Source: a virus
Lineage: Duplodnaviria > Caudoviricetes
IMG/VR virus record: IMGVR_UViG_3300020396_000007
Span: 1 to 56,660 of that record
DNA length: 56,660 nucleotides
Strand: one strand, 5' to 3'
Positions 46,362 to 56,060 of the stretch are shown in pieces. The notes under the pieces were generated by a model, which saw nothing but the letters and a program-made list of their open reading frames with translations, was not told the origin of the DNA and ran no database searches. The position numbers were made by a program, and so were the translations under genes. Position 1 is the first letter of the stretch. Each line of letters starts with the position of its first letter.

Positions 46362-48203
46362 TTATTCCTCTATACCATACACGCGGACGATTAATCCGTC
46401 CTGATCCGAGGTGACAACTAGCTGTTCGCCAGCCGACGCCATCAAGCCTGTACGTTCCATTATTTCGTTGGAAGCAATCGCAGCCTTGTCAAATTTATCG
46501 GCTTGTGGAAGCTCGAAGAAACGCTTTTCGCGCATGTAGAGTTCGCCGTTAAACATGAGATCGTACTTGCGATACGCGTCTCCGTTGCTCGCGGTCCACG
46601 CTGTGTATGTGCTTAGTAAGGTTTGATCGTCGTGCGGAGCCGTCGTCGGCTGATCCACAATAGAAATTGGGCCACCCATCCCAGAGTGATTGTAGCAGTA
46701 CGTGTACAACGTGTTCGGCGCGTCCGATGGAACAGTCCACTCTATTATGCGAGCCTCACCGTTATAAGTTGCATGGTTCGTGAACCAATCAGCAAGCGTA
46801 GTGGTTACGGCTGTGTAATCGCCCGTTGCGCTTGGGTTTCCCATTTGGAACGTCATGCCAGTAGAGTAAGCAACACCGCCAGTGGCGTGGCCGCCATCTG
46901 CGGTTGTAGAAAATAGCAGAGGATGTGCGTTGTTCGACGTTGCATTTTGGTGGATGCGATAGGTCATGCCACGCACGAAGGTTAGCTCACCAACTGCACC
47001 AGTGATCGGAGCAGCAGCAAACTTATTACTGCCACCAATAGATTGAACCGTCATAGAGATCGGCATCTTTGCGTAGTGTTTGCTTGAGACCCAAGTTACA
47101 CCTACATCAGACGTCGAGTATTTATTCCCACCCGCTACAACGATAACAAAGTTAGAACCCTCTGACTTAACATCTACAACATTGTCGAACGTAACCCCTG
47201 ATGGGAAATCGAAAACGCTGTAGCCAGTAGTCGGGAACGGTGTGCCTGACGAATACGTGGCGTAGGCAACTTTGTTGCCGCTATAAGCGACGTACAACTT
47301 TCCATTTGTCGCGTCAGTAGCAATCGAAGCAGCACCAATCATGTAGCCCGTTGTGCCTGTTGGTGGTGACATGGTGTTGGATTGGAACTCAGCCTGAGTT
47401 TCGGGGGTGTCGTCGTTTGACATATAGCAAAAACCAGTAGTCGTGCCGATGATAAACTTCTCGACTGTTGTTTTAAGCCCAGAAATTTTACTAATCGCAC
47501 CAAGACCCCAAGTGAACGCTGTGTTGTACGTAGCTGTCGTAGCTCGCCAATCGTTTATGGAGTTTACAACTGAACCAGATCCACCTGGAACGCCGCCAAC
47601 ATAAGACATTCCCCACGGTCCATCTTCATTGGTCGCCCAAACAATATTGTCCGAGGCCGTTTGCCCATAGCTGGTAGCCGCTGTTGTGGCAGCACCGCCA
47701 ACAGTCACGTAATTCTGCATTGTGTACGTCGCGCCGTCGTCTGCGTTGCGTAGATAGAGATCTGCCCCACTGTAGAAAGACAAGGGATTACCCTTGCGTG
47801 GGTTCGGGTTTGCAGCGAAATGGTAGCCGCTACTACCGTCTTGGTAGCCAAAAAGGTTTACTGGCTGAATGGGCGTACTTGCGGTGTTTGCCGCCGCTGG
47901 CTCAACAGGCGTCGATTTCATAGACGTTATCATTATGCCACTAGCATCGCCAATAAGATCAAGGGTGTTAGCCGTGTCAGACGTCGAGTTGTACGTGTTC
48001 TGGTACAACTTTGGCGTATTGTAGGTAGAGAAATCCTCTGCCTGGTACGCTTTGTCACTTATATAAACATTGACGTTCGCAGTGTTTGCGCCGTCGTTTA
48101 ATATGTTTACGTTATATGTCGCCACTTTAGCCGCTGGAACGGTGTACACCACTTCCGTATCGCGGCTGGAAACGACTTTCTTACCTAGTAATCCATTTGC
48201 CAT
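46362..48203 (-). CDS. Tail-associated structural protein with cupredoxin-like insert (613 aa)
   Basis: YTVPA N-terminus, ERTGL..VYGIEE C-terminus, HPL...YCYNHSGMG. Confidence 0.7.
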   Translation of the reverse strand: MANGLLGKKVVSSRDTEVVYTVPAAKVATYNVNILNDGANTANVNVYISDKAYQAEDFSTYNTPKLYQNTYNSTSDTANTLDLIGDASGIMITSMKSTPVEPAAANTASTPIQPVNLFGYQDGSSGYHFAANPNPRKGNPLSFYSGADLYLRNADDGATYTMQNYVTVGGAATTAATSYGQTASDNIVWATNEDGPWGMSYVGGVPGGSGSVVNSINDWRATTATYNTAFTWGLGAISKISGLKTTVEKFIIGTTTGFCYMSNDDTPETQAEFQSNTMSPPTGTTGYMIGAASIATDATNGKLYVAYSGNKVAYATYSSGTPFPTTGYSVFDFPSGVTFDNVVDVKSEGSNFVIVVAGGNKYSTSDVGVTWVSSKHYAKMPISMTVQSIGGSNKFAAAPITGAVGELTFVRGMTYRIHQNATSNNAHPLLFSTTADGGHATGGVAYSTGMTFQMGNPSATGDYTAVTTTLADWFTNHATYNGEARIIEWTVPSDAPNTLYTYCYNHSGMGGPISIVDQPTTAPHDDQTLLSTYTAWTASNGDAYRKYDLMFNGELYMREKRFFELPQADKFDKAAIASNEIMERTGLMASAGEQLVVTSDQDGLIVRVYGIEE

Positions 48204-48212
48204 GTTATATCC

Positions 48213-48581
48213 TTAACTCTGCGACAAGAAGAAGACTTTGGACGGTGACATCTGAAACGCGTTAAGCGCTGACGTGATGCTCGTCTGTAGTCCCGATAGA
48301 GCGGCTTGCTCTGTAGTGGATGCGTTTTGTACTGCTGCGACCTGGGTATTACCTTCAGTCTGCAACTCGCTTATTTCCGTGTTACCTTTTGCGGCAACAG
48401 CATTAATTTGCGTCGTACCTTCAGCACTAACGGCGCTTAGATTTGCGGCACCGTTGAAAATTTCTATCATCCTCGTGAGGTACACAAGGTCCGCGTTAGG
48501 TGTGGAAGCACCTAAGTTCTGCAATCGTGTGGATAGTTCGTCCGCTAATGACTGCTGATCGGAAACTGAAATGTTAGGCAT
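48213..48581 (-). CDS. Putative structural protein (122 aa)
   Basis: EG.TQ...V heptad repeats; TAATG coupling. Confidence 0.75.
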   Translation of the reverse strand: MPNISVSDQQSLADELSTRLQNLGASTPNADLVYLTRMIEIFNGAANLSAVSAEGTTQINAVAAKGNTEISELQTEGNTQVAAVQNASTTEQAALSGLQTSITSALNAFQMSPSKVFFLSQS

Positions 48582-49117
48582 TATAAACTACTCCCATTGA
48601 ATAGAGATCCGTACATCTGGCTGATTAAAATGTTTTCAGCGATTGTGGTTGGTGTTGTTGCAAAAGCTTGGTTTGCAAAGGTCTGTGATAAGTCGCGAGC
48701 CGCTTCGGATGCAGCTTGCGCTGCTTCAGATGCTGTCTGGGCTGTCTCTGCCGCGTTCTCAGATGCAAGAGCATTGGTCTCTGATGTAGCAGCAGCAGCT
48801 TGCTTTACGCCCATATCGGACAGCGCGGTAGTCTTGAAATTGTTTAGGTCTGTGAAGAGTTGGGTGAAAGATGCTATCTCAGCTACCGTACCGTCCGTAC
48901 CGATCTGAAGGTTCATCTTCTCAGCGCCAGAAGTATTATCATACGTAAAGGTAAATACGTCTACGTTACCCGTACTGGCGTCAAAGATTTTATTCAGAAG
49001 TGAGGATAAAGATAGGCCACCCATCTCCGCGTCTTCAAGATACGTATCGAGAAGAGTAGTGCCCGTATTCTGCGAGCGGAAGTTTAACTGTTCTGAAGGG
49101 ACGCGTGTGCGTGCCAT
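48581..49117 (-). CDS. Putative structural protein with Ala-rich coiled coil (178 aa)
   Basis: AAATSETNA..SE.AA repeats typical of fibre stalks; AAGGAG SD. Confidence 0.75.
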   Translation of the reverse strand: MARTRVPSEQLNFRSQNTGTTLLDTYLEDAEMGGLSLSSLLNKIFDASTGNVDVFTFTYDNTSGAEKMNLQIGTDGTVAEIASFTQLFTDLNNFKTTALSDMGVKQAAAATSETNALASENAAETAQTASEAAQAASEAARDLSQTFANQAFATTPTTIAENILISQMYGSLFNGSSL

Positions 49118-49120
49118 CTA

Positions 49121-49381
49121 TTATTCTCCTTTAGCCAGCTTTGCTAGTGCGGCCACCCGACTGCTCGACATACTTATTATGTCCTCAGTATTCGTCATGC
49201 GCCCTGAGACATTACCCATGTCACGCTGCAAGCTTTCTCTAGTAAGCAATAATGCACCACGAAGCGCCTCTATGTCGTCCTTCATAGTTTTTAATTCTTC
49301 GTGGATACGGGCATCTATATACTCGCGGTACGTAGCATCTACCTGACTGGCCCATACGCTACTGCTCACGGGGTTTGGCAT
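49121..49381 (-). CDS. Hypothetical coiled-coil protein (86 aa)
   Basis: AAGGAG SD; overlaps the portal stop. Confidence 0.75.
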   Translation of the reverse strand: MPNPVSSSVWASQVDATYREYIDARIHEELKTMKDDIEALRGALLLTRESLQRDMGNVSGRMTNTEDIISMSSSRVAALAKLAKGE

Positions 49382-51290
49382 TTTGCTTCTCCTTCATAGA
49401 AACGAGATTTCCCTTCTGGACTTCACGCTCGATATTTTCTTGCGACTGCACGTTCGCACCACGTAACTTTTCCATCATCATCATTTGCTGAGAAGGTGTC
49501 GGCCCCTTGTCTTGCTGCTCTTTAGAAATCTTGAACTGATCTAAGTCAGAGACGCCCATTGAGCGAATAGCCTCTTCGACTATCTTGCCAGAGTTATATT
49601 CCATCGCCATGCCCGTCTCGTTAAGAGTGCGAAGCATAGTGATCCAAGTCTCAGCATTGCGCGTAGGCTCCAAAGGTAACGTGCCATCAACCACAAGATA
49701 CTCGATCTCGCCTTGTATATCTCTAAGCTTGAAGTCGAGGTACTCGTCCTTGACCATATCTTGAAGCTGGCTCGCAGCATCATTCTCAGAAATACGTATG
49801 GAACCTTCAGGCGAAAAGAAATCCTGAACATTAGCAACCATCATGCGTACCATCGGACGTACGGACGTAGCTGATATTGTACGTGCGAGTACGCCAAGCC
49901 TCTGCGACCCAAGTTGCGTAAGCCTTTGGATCTCCGTAGCCGTACGGATACCGTCGCTGGTCGGCATACCCTGCTGCGCGTCTGATGCTGCACTAACCCT
50001 CTGTTTTAATTCACTCATTGCGCCAATGTCGTTCCAATGTCCCTTGGTCACATCAGGAATTTGACTTATAAATACGCCCTCACCTGGCTTAACACCTGGC
50101 AACGTACGCACGATCCCGTGCGGGTTGCGGTCAACCAAGTCCTGTATGGCTATTTGCGTAGGATCTACGAACATCAAGTTAGTCAAAGCGGCCTGTACGT
50201 TGTCGATACGAGATCGAAGCAGCCAAGTCGCAACGTCGTGAAGTGGGAGCAACAGATCATACAACGATTGCGAGTAAGTCTTGTGCGCGTCATGGTACAG
50301 GCCGCCGATTACGACAGGAAACTGTCTGCCGTAAGGGTTTAACTGACATTTAATTACGACATTCTCATCAAGAATAGTTATGCACATCCATAACTGTTCT
50401 ATCTGGGGTATGCCGATCTCATATCCCGCAAGCCGCACCCAACATTCATCTACTACACGGCTGTCGCCTAGTGCGAAAAATGTATTGCCACCCTCGCGTC
50501 TATTGCGTTCGGCAGGGTCAATGCTTAATCCGCGTCCAGCTTCTTTATGCCAACGGTGTCCGTCCCACCCACCATTCGGAGGCGAGATACGGTTGCGGAG
50601 CGACGGGTATTCCTTGAGCTTGGGGTACATTCCTGATTGGAGTAGGCTGTCATAAGAAGAGAACTCAGAAAAGATGATGTATTGCATCTTGTCGAAGTCT
50701 CCCCACTGAACTCTGGGGTCGTGGAATACGCGTCGCGGGTCGAAGTTTGTGATCTGGTTTGTTCGGCTCGTAGCATCCCACGTAACTTTCGTGGGTGCGT
50801 AGCCGTACCGAATACTGTCAAGAAGGTGTTGGGCAAGGCGAGCTTCTCCTGCTGTTCTACGCATTTGCTGGTGTAACAAACGCTCGATTATTGCAGATGA
50901 TTTACGTGACTTGCGGTTCATGCCTTCTAGCTGAAACATTGGATTGCGGCCCGTGAGGGCTGCCATCAAATACGTCAACACCGTATCGCTTATTGCGCGA
51001 GTATCCGCGATCACCGCCTTCTCTCTGAAAGCCGTAGCAGTCGGATCTACGTAAACATCGTGTGCGCGATCAGCTTGCTTCCAGTGATCATAACGACGGC
51101 TAATCCTGTCATATGACATCTGCGTTGCAGATCGTACGTAATCTACGATCCGTTGCTCCTGCTCATCTGTAAGTAAAGAGGAAATATCCCCATAACCCAT
51201 GAGCGCTTCAGCGTGATCAGACAAGTCAACAACTATACCGTCGTCGGCTGGTGTGTATTCCGCTTTATAATTTGTTGTAGTCAATGCCAT
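49359..51290 (-). CDS. Portal protein
   Basis: Follows TerL; YG..P.KV.W, NPY...P, TATEI motifs of P22-like portals. Confidence 0.85.
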   Translation of the reverse strand: MALTTTNYKAEYTPADDGIVVDLSDHAEALMGYGDISSLLTDEQEQRIVDYVRSATQMSYDRISRRYDHWKQADRAHDVYVDPTATAFREKAVIADTRAISDTVLTYLMAALTGRNPMFQLEGMNRKSRKSSAIIERLLHQQMRRTAGEARLAQHLLDSIRYGYAPTKVTWDATSRTNQITNFDPRRVFHDPRVQWGDFDKMQYIIFSEFSSYDSLLQSGMYPKLKEYPSLRNRISPPNGGWDGHRWHKEAGRGLSIDPAERNRREGGNTFFALGDSRVVDECWVRLAGYEIGIPQIEQLWMCITILDENVVIKCQLNPYGRQFPVVIGGLYHDAHKTYSQSLYDLLLPLHDVATWLLRSRIDNVQAALTNLMFVDPTQIAIQDLVDRNPHGIVRTLPGVKPGEGVFISQIPDVTKGHWNDIGAMSELKQRVSAASDAQQGMPTSDGIRTATEIQRLTQLGSQRLGVLARTISATSVRPMVRMMVANVQDFFSPEGSIRISENDAASQLQDMVKDEYLDFKLRDIQGEIEYLVVDGTLPLEPTRNAETWITMLRTLNETGMAMEYNSGKIVEEAIRSMGVSDLDQFKISKEQQDKGPTPSQQMMMMEKLRGANVQSQENIEREVQKGNLVSMKEKQNAKPREQ

Positions 51291-51329
51291 AAGAACACAT
51301 TTACTCCTTTATCCAACCTTCAGTCGTCC

Positions 51330-52994
51330 TTATTCGCCCCACCCACGCCAACTGTCAGACATATTGTTGAGATCAGACGTGTGGTTCCACATACTGTCTT
51401 TGGATTTAGGGAGAGAAAACTGAGGGGGTTGGTAATATTCACCCGTGGATGGTGTTCGTGCGAGTACATCTAAACCGATAGCCATAGCATCAACCATGTC
51501 GTCGTGAGTGCCCGCTGGAAACGTCTGACACTCATCATGGAAGGCATCAAGCCATACAGCAGAAGAAGGTATGAAAACTCTCCCGCCCTCAATGATAGGC
51601 AGTACGGCAGATAAGCGTGTCACCTTGTCAGTCGATACTCTGTAAGGAATTACAGAAACGCCACTCTCTCTTTTAAGCTCTTGGATAAGGCTCTGACCTG
51701 ATGCTTTGTCCTCAATGTAAATGCCACGTAGGCCACGTCCGCGCCACTGGTTGTTAAGCTGGATCATACGACGCTTTAGTTCAGGAAACTCAAACCGTTC
51801 ACGTACACAGTCTATGATGTAGATGTCGCCCGTAGTGTCGAGGCCCATCACCATCATAACAGAGTAGTCACTGTCCTGGCGTGCCTTGAACGCTGTGTCG
51901 GCTGCAATAATGAGAGATGAAAATTTCTCTGGCTTCATATCTTCGGGGTACGTACGCCACCAACTAGAACGTATTAGGTTTCCCCCCTGGATGTACGGGG
52001 TCTGCTGGTAGAGGGAAGCGAACTCTCTGGGGTTGAGGCGTTGACGACGTTCAAGATCTTCGAGAGAGAACCGTTCGGGCCACAAGGCGATCTTTTCAGT
52101 TTTACGTATGTACCGTTTTCCCGATGAGAGCTTGCTTGCCTCGTTTGGTGCGAGGTAATCAGCGTGATCGGATGGTAAATTGGATCGGGAAATCTTACCA
52201 ACGTCTCCTTGAATTGGCTTTTCTTCGACGGCAGGGAAATTGATGTGAAGCCATCGGCCTTCCTTCCAGTCATCTGTATCCATAAGTCGGCCAGCGAGGT
52301 CGTCAGGATGCCAGCGTGTGAGGATGCAGATTTGGGCGGGGGGTACACCGTCAATGTCGGGTTGGAGACGCGTGGATAGAGCGGATACATAATAATTCCA
52401 GACGCGGTTTCTCTGTGTGGCACTCTCAGCTTCCTCTCTGCTCTTTAATGGGTCATCAAAAACTAAAAGATTTGCCGCACGCCCTGACGTGGTGCCCCCA
52501 ACACCAATGAAATAGGCCGCGCCCTGCGCGGTTGTGCGCCACTGGTCTACGGCTCGGCTGTCTGGTGACATCTCAAAGTCAGGGAAGGTCTGCGATGTGG
52601 TTGGTTCGTTGCATAAGTCACGTACTTGGCGTCCGAAATCAGTAGCAAGCTGGCTATTGTAGCTGGTGGACATAAGAAAACGTGAGGGTTTGCGCGACAT
52701 GAAGTACGCAGGGAAAATTATGCTGCCATAAGTAGACTTCCCGTGCCTTGGCGGCATGGTGATAAGCAGGTTTCGTACGGGTACGCGCTCTATGCGGGCC
52801 TTTTCCTCTGCTGACTTGCCGTAATGGCTGTCGAGGGTATTCTTTTCTAGGCGATCAAGAGCCTCAATCATGTCTAAGTGGAACTGCGGGAGTACCCAGC
52901 CTGGGTTTTGTAGGCGAACCCAGCCTAGAAAGCTTCGTTCTGCCTCACTGAGCTTGAGTAAGTGTTTGGCTGCGTCCTGTGCTGTGAGGTTCAT
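51330..52994 (-). CDS. terL: Terminase large subunit
   Basis: MPPRHGKS, GRAANLLVFDDP, TRWHPDDLAG, LYQQTP, DTA, IEDKASG, HDDMVDA. Confidence 0.97.
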   Translation of the reverse strand: MNLTAQDAAKHLLKLSEAERSFLGWVRLQNPGWVLPQFHLDMIEALDRLEKNTLDSHYGKSAEEKARIERVPVRNLLITMPPRHGKSTYGSIIFPAYFMSRKPSRFLMSTSYNSQLATDFGRQVRDLCNEPTTSQTFPDFEMSPDSRAVDQWRTTAQGAAYFIGVGGTTSGRAANLLVFDDPLKSREEAESATQRNRVWNYYVSALSTRLQPDIDGVPPAQICILTRWHPDDLAGRLMDTDDWKEGRWLHINFPAVEEKPIQGDVGKISRSNLPSDHADYLAPNEASKLSSGKRYIRKTEKIALWPERFSLEDLERRQRLNPREFASLYQQTPYIQGGNLIRSSWWRTYPEDMKPEKFSSLIIAADTAFKARQDSDYSVMMVMGLDTTGDIYIIDCVRERFEFPELKRRMIQLNNQWRGRGLRGIYIEDKASGQSLIQELKRESGVSVIPYRVSTDKVTRLSAVLPIIEGGRVFIPSSAVWLDAFHDECQTFPAGTHDDMVDAMAIGLDVLARTPSTGEYYQPPQFSLPKSKDSMWNHTSDLNNMSDSWRGWGE

Positions 52995-53317
52995 GCGCTT
53001 TCCTCTACAGCTTCGGCGTCGATAATGTTGTTTACGCCCATTGCTATAGCTTCAAGCTGCTCACGAGACATCTTCTCAGGGGCTTCTTGTATATTATGCT
53101 CATGCTGCACGAACTGAGCCGTCAGATCAGGTACAACCTTGTTGAGCATGGTGGCGAATACCCGCGCTTGTGTGGGTGTCCAGTCCTGTTTGCCCATAAC
53201 TACGTCGTGAGCTTCGTCTAACTGGTTTATGACGCGCCGATACAAGCCAGCACGCATGTTTGCCACTTGTAAAGGGGTCAATCTAGTTTCTGTTGTAGGT
53301 GTTTTTTTACGTGACAT
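52991..53317 (-). CDS. terS: Terminase small subunit (putative)
   Basis: ATGA-coupled upstream of terL; LNKVVPDL motif. Confidence 0.7.
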   Translation of the reverse strand: MSRKKTPTTETRLTPLQVANMRAGLYRRVINQLDEAHDVVMGKQDWTPTQARVFATMLNKVVPDLTAQFVQHEHNIQEAPEKMSREQLEAIAMGVNNIIDAEAVEESA

Positions 53318-53731
53318 TAAAGTTTCCTTGACGTTTTCAATTTTGCTCAGATTTCTCGTGGGGGTCGCAATGGCAATTCACGGAAACTGATCGGCGGGAA
53401 GGGGGTTGGCCCCCCCTATCTTCTCTTTTTGGCGCGATGATGACACTTACCACTGCTAACTGACTGTTTTTGCTAGGTTTTCCCTCCCCACTTAGGGGAT
53501 TTTCGGTGGTTTTTGGGTCTTCGTATATTTCGGATTTCGCTCCTCTCGCGTAAGAAAATTAGCCATACGCGTATGTTACGCAAATGCGTAACGCTCGTCG
53601 TCCTGCGTACGTGCGACCAAAGATAAATCTTTGAGGAGCTTAGATGGGTGCCAGCTTCAGATTGGAGGATGGCCTGTGTCCTGATGTCAGGATGCGGATC
53701 TATGCATGTGTAACACAAAAGGAGAAATCAC

Positions 53732-54184
53732 ATGACAAAATCACCCGTAACACCCGTACGTTGCTTCACGAAATCCAACGCCGCCGACGACTTCCTCACA
53801 GCGAAGTCGAAGGGCGCAAAGGAAGCCGTCTTAGCGCAAGCGAAAGCCGCGCACTCGAAGAACCGCAAGAAATCTTGGGGTACGCTCGTGCGTTACATGA
53901 CCACCAACGACACAACTCGCCTCGAATTGAGCGCGTACGGTACTAGCGCGGATTGGCAAGATTTCCACTCCAAGCAGGACTACGCCAAGAAGCCCAAAGC
54001 GCCCGCGAAGAAAGCGCCCGTCAAGGCCGCTCCAAAGCCGAAGGCTCCTGCCAAAGCGCCCGTAAGTAACGCCAAAGCCGCTGTAAGCTCCGTCGATGCT
54101 GCCAAGGCGCTCGCGGTGCTGATCGGCGCTGGGATGGCTGACAGTGCCGAAGCGCGTACGTTGATGAGCTTCATCAAAGCATAA
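53732..54184 (+). CDS. First early gene; basic protein with PAKK/PKA repeats (150 aa)
   Basis: AAGGAG SD; KKPKAPAKKAPVKAAPKPKAPAKAP; own terminator. Confidence 0.85.
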   Translation: MTKSPVTPVRCFTKSNAADDFLTAKSKGAKEAVLAQAKAAHSKNRKKSWGTLVRYMTTNDTTRLELSAYGTSADWQDFHSKQDYAKKPKAPAKKAPVKAAPKPKAPAKAPVSNAKAAVSSVDAAKALAVLIGAGMADSAEARTLMSFIKA

Positions 54185-54213
54185 TTCTACGCCCACATTG
54201 GAACGCATTACGT

Positions 54214-54245
54214 AAGCCCATCAAGTTCGCTTGGTGGGCTTTCTT
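54214..54245 (+). terminator. Intrinsic terminator
   Basis: AAGCCCATCAAG-TTCG-CTTGGTGGGCTT then TCTT. Confidence 0.8.
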
Positions 54246-54278
54246 GTGCAGTCCCGCACGCAATGGAGAGGAGAAACA

Positions 54279-54500
54279 ATGAGACCAACAAACGTACGCG
54301 AAGGTAAGCTTTCGCACGACTTCAGCGACCTACACCGAGCAGGTCGCATCCAGCAAACGCGAGACGCTTGGTGGAGTGAAGCGAAGCCGTGGAAGCCTGT
54401 CCAAAACAACCCTCGCGCTGGTCGCTGGCTCAAGCAACGAGCCGCCAAACTACGCCGTCAAGGTGCACTCGAAGAGATACGTGAGTTCCTTCGCGACTGA
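54279..54500 (+). CDS. Hypothetical early protein (73 aa)
   Basis: GAGGAG SD before ATG 54279. Confidence 0.75.
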   Translation: MRPTNVREGKLSHDFSDLHRAGRIQQTRDAWWSEAKPWKPVQNNPRAGRWLKQRAAKLRRQGALEEIREFLRD

Positions 54501-54574
54501 ACATATCGGTGCGAGCAGTGTTCTGCTCTCATCCCATGCGTTCAGCATGACAACCCGCATGGAAGGAGAAACCT

Positions 54575-54763
54575 ATGCAAAGAAACCCAAACCTTACCCG
54601 ACACGATGACCCGTGTGATGAGTGGCAGTCAATCGGTGATTACGTACGCAAAGTACGCGAACGAGCAGAGCAGGATCGACGCAACCTCGCTGAATTTTAC
54701 GATGCGGCAAGCGCGTACGATGACGAAGACTTTGCCATGAATTTCGTACGCTTCGCTCAATGA
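54575..54763 (+). CDS. Hypothetical early protein (62 aa)
   Basis: AAGGAG SD. Confidence 0.75.
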   Translation: MQRNPNLTRHDDPCDEWQSIGDYVRKVRERAEQDRRNLAEFYDAASAYDDEDFAMNFVRFAQ

Positions 54764-54906
54764 CCCCATTGCAAGCGTTAGCGTTCAATACAGCGGTGGC
54801 TCTGATCGGAGCCACCATCATACTCGAATGGATCTCAGGGTGCGGAACACCCGAAGGGCAGTGCCTGATACTGCCGCTATCCTTTCCTCACCTCATACCT
54901 CAATAG
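54760..54906 (+). CDS. 48-aa membrane peptide (not in ORF track)
   Basis: ATGA coupling; hydrophobic stretch then EWISGCG. Confidence 0.6.
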   Translation: MTPLQALAFNTAVALIGATIILEWISGCGTPEGQCLILPLSFPHLIPQ

Positions 54907-54916
54907 GAGAATACGA

Positions 54917-55147
54917 ATGAGCTTTCCACCCATCATAAGAGCAGACGAAGGCGATGGATATTTAATCCACCGCTTCGCCAATGTACGCGATCTTCACGCA
55001 ATGGAGTTGCTATCCGACTTCGAAGTAGTGGAGCTTGCAAGATACACGAATTGGTACGGATTAGTTGGCGCAGATGAGGGTCTCGAAACCATCCACGATG
55101 CGCTTTCAATATGCGACTATGGCTGGACGTTGGGTCTACCCCTGTAG
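54917..55147 (+). CDS. Hypothetical early protein (76 aa)
   Basis: AGGAG SD. Confidence 0.75.
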   Translation: MSFPPIIRADEGDGYLIHRFANVRDLHAMELLSDFEVVELARYTNWYGLVGADEGLETIHDALSICDYGWTLGLPL

Positions 55148-55233
55148 CGAAGAACGTACAGGTGACGAGCCGTTTGGACGCGGCTCGCATCCCGTACGCT
55201 TTTGTACGAACCCCATAACACAAGGAGAATAAC

Positions 55234-55608
55234 ATGGGAAAACTACCACACCCAGTGGAGTACCAAGAAGAGCACTTGGACGACATCAAGAAGGCCATCG
55301 AGGACGCACGTTTCGGAGCCGAAGCATTAGCAGTCGTGAAGTACGGCGACCTAGATCCTGCTGATACGTGCGGCTTTGCTTGGGTCTCATTGACACCCGA
55401 CTTCAAGGGCAACACGAAGATCGGAAAGAGAGAGCGCAAGGTGTTTGAGGCTCTTGGCGCTAGGAAAGATTGGACAGAGAGACGTTGGCAGATTTGGTGC
55501 CCAACAAATACGCAGTCCATCAACATCAAAGAGCTTGTGTGCGATCATATATGTGAACACTTGCGCCCCTTTGGTTTCACCGCACACACAGGGAGCAATG
55601 TAGACTGA
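55234..55608 (+). CDS. Hypothetical early protein (124 aa)
   Basis: AAGGAG SD; CGFAWV and QS..IKE motifs. Confidence 0.8.
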   Translation: MGKLPHPVEYQEEHLDDIKKAIEDARFGAEALAVVKYGDLDPADTCGFAWVSLTPDFKGNTKIGKRERKVFEALGARKDWTERRWQIWCPTNTQSINIKELVCDHICEHLRPFGFTAHTGSNVD

Positions 55609-56060
55609 TGAGACTGAACAACACATTATACATTGTGCGTGGGCTTGCTGGATCTGGCAAAAGCACACTCGCGAAGCACATCTGGATGTCTGATAATTGC
55701 AACGCAGTAATGATTGCCGCTGATGATTACTTCACCGACCCAAAGACGAAAGTCTACAAGTTCGACAGGGCGAAGCTCACCGAAGCGCACAACGAGTGCT
55801 TACGTAAAACCCACGAGGCGATGGTGAACATGGCAAGCACAGTCGTAGTTCACAATACGTTCAGTACGAAGTGGGAAGGTGAGCCGTACTTCTCGGCCGC
55901 TAAGATACACGGATACTCGGTCTTTGTGATCGAGTGTCAAAACGATTTCGGTAGTACGCACGATGTACCCGAAGAAACCATCGCCAACATGCGCGATAAA
56001 TGGTGCCACAATGATGGCCCCAACAATGGAACCCAAGTATTTGGAAGGGGAAAACTATGA
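55608..56060 (+). CDS. P-loop kinase (AAA_33 / polynucleotide-kinase-like)
   Basis: IVRGLAGSGKST, ADDYF, AH..C, VVVHNT, HDVPEE.I..M. Confidence 0.88.
   Translation: MRLNNTLYIVRGLAGSGKSTLAKHIWMSDNCNAVMIAADDYFTDPKTKVYKFDRAKLTEAHNECLRKTHEAMVNMASTVVVHNTFSTKWEGEPYFSAAKIHGYSVFVIECQNDFGSTHDVPEETIANMRDKWCHNDGPNNGTQVFGRGKL

Noticed and set aside
1215-55285. Plus-strand GGACGAC copies (about 1215, 3340, 16084, 55278) as late promoters
   Set aside because: Inside genes, explained by Asp-Asp codons, and about the number expected by chance.
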